A stretch of DNA of 63,741 nt, counting the filler, from Albugo candida (lineage: Eukaryota): the NCBI GenBank assembly GCA_040437565.1. It is 53 parts of 53 records of this genome, joined end to end, with 100 filler letters (N's around TTAATTAATTAA, not from the genome) between each part and the next. Parts side by side here need not be neighbours in the genome. Positions count along the whole stretch, not along the records: positions 62,682 to 63,741 come from JBDOQK010000703.1; 52 more parts are not named here. One strand, written 5' to 3'. The stretch's first letter is position 1. Each line of letters starts with the position of its first letter. The notes under the pieces are model-generated. The model worked only from the letters and a program-made list of their open reading frames with translations, was not told the origin of the DNA and did no database searches. Below, piece after piece: positions 62,879-63,741 of the stretch. The position numbers were made by a program, and so were the translations under genes.

Positions 62879-63286
62879 ATGCTTTACACAACCGAAAAAC
62901 TCGTCAAGTCGGTATTCGTCTTGCTCTTATCTCTCAATGTCGTATTCTGTTCTTGTGCTAGTTATACTTTAAGTGTTGAATATCCTTATGATGGTACTTA
63001 TGGCTGGATCTCCTCATCTTTGTGGAACAACAAAGGTGAAAGCTGGTCAAGCAAAGTAGGTACTGCTAAATGTACTGATGGCTTTACAAAGTTAACCCGC
63101 GAAGGTGTTGGCTATGAATTCTACAGTTATCCTTGTAATTTAGGTCGTTTGACACTTAGCATTCCAAGCAAGAAGATGTCAATAACTTTTGAGAAAGCAA
63201 GCTTACAAAAGAAGAACCATAATGGACTCAGACCAGTAAATGAATATTGGTTTGCATGGGATGATCAAGCTTACAAATTCTGTTAG
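62879..63286 (+). CDS. Small secreted protein of unknown function (135 aa)
   Basis: Signal peptide MLYTTEKLVKSVFVLLLSLNVVFCSCA; beta-rich mature part rich in Trp/Tyr with 3 Cys. Confidence 0.75.
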   Translation: MLYTTEKLVKSVFVLLLSLNVVFCSCASYTLSVEYPYDGTYGWISSSLWNNKGESWSSKVGTAKCTDGFTKLTREGVGYEFYSYPCNLGRLTLSIPSKKMSITFEKASLQKKNHNGLRPVNEYWFAWDDQAYKFC

Positions 63287-63741
63287 ATTATAAATATATA
63301 AGTAATCTTTCATCTTATTTTGATATTATTTCCTATTATAAAGATAATAAACTCTATCTATAACTCTTCTCAAATTCAAATGATTTTATTGTCACTTGTC
63401 GCCGTTTTTTTGTTGTACAATACTACTGTGTACTACTTTTTTATTAATTGAAACTTTTTGTTATATCTTTTTGCACGCTTTATATATTGGGTTCTTAGTA
63501 GTATTGCTCTTAATCCCCTACCACAGAATATTTTTTCTTGTCAGGCTGCTGCTTTTTTCTTGTCACGCCTTTCTCCCACCATTTATTGTTTCTTTTCAGT
63601 TTTGCTTTTTATTTTTCCATCTTTTATTTATTGTAATAGTCTTTTTTTTTTGTCCAATAAATGCAAACAAATAGTTATATCATTATCCCTCGGCGAGGCA
63701 AGATATTAAAATTCTCGATATTGTTGATAATTTTACGGACT

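Noticed and set aside
1..63741. Gene cluster or defence island (Argonaute + nuclease + RT + effectors)
   Set aside because: Components lie on separate contigs ordered only by length and probably come from different organisms

Overview
This window is not a contiguous locus. It is 53 short contigs (about 1,144 bp falling to 1,060 bp, sorted by decreasing length) joined by 52 identical 100-bp linkers (44 N + TTAATTAATTAA + 44 N, which stops all six frames). Adjacency across linkers therefore has no biological meaning, and ORF ends such as ...XXXLIN or ...XXXN are artefacts. At least three sources appear mixed. (1) Most contigs look like an AT-rich, intron-containing Mucorales-type fungus: CACTA/CMC, MULE, Harbinger-type, Tc1, Ty3/Gypsy and LINE fragments, a P450, a kelch membrane protein, a BRPF1/Nto1-like bromodomain gene and orphan secreted proteins. 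(2) Several contigs look oomycete-like: a Cys-rich secreted domain, a Crinkler nuclease tail, Phytophthora-type Ty3 gag/pol, and an LSU rRNA 3' end. (3) One contig is a GC-rich bacterium (GntR-FCD regulator plus RimK-family ATP-grasp gene). Several signals are missing from, or mis-framed in, the ORF track: a spliced Argonaute pseudogene (1-790), a divergent but structurally compensated 5S rRNA, back-to-back tRNA-like (SINE-head) elements, a contig-long repeat-protein ORF, the GntR gene, and several degenerate TE or protease remnants. I found no coherent new multi-gene system, and this kind of window cannot show one. All family and taxon calls come from motif recognition by eye and need database confirmation.
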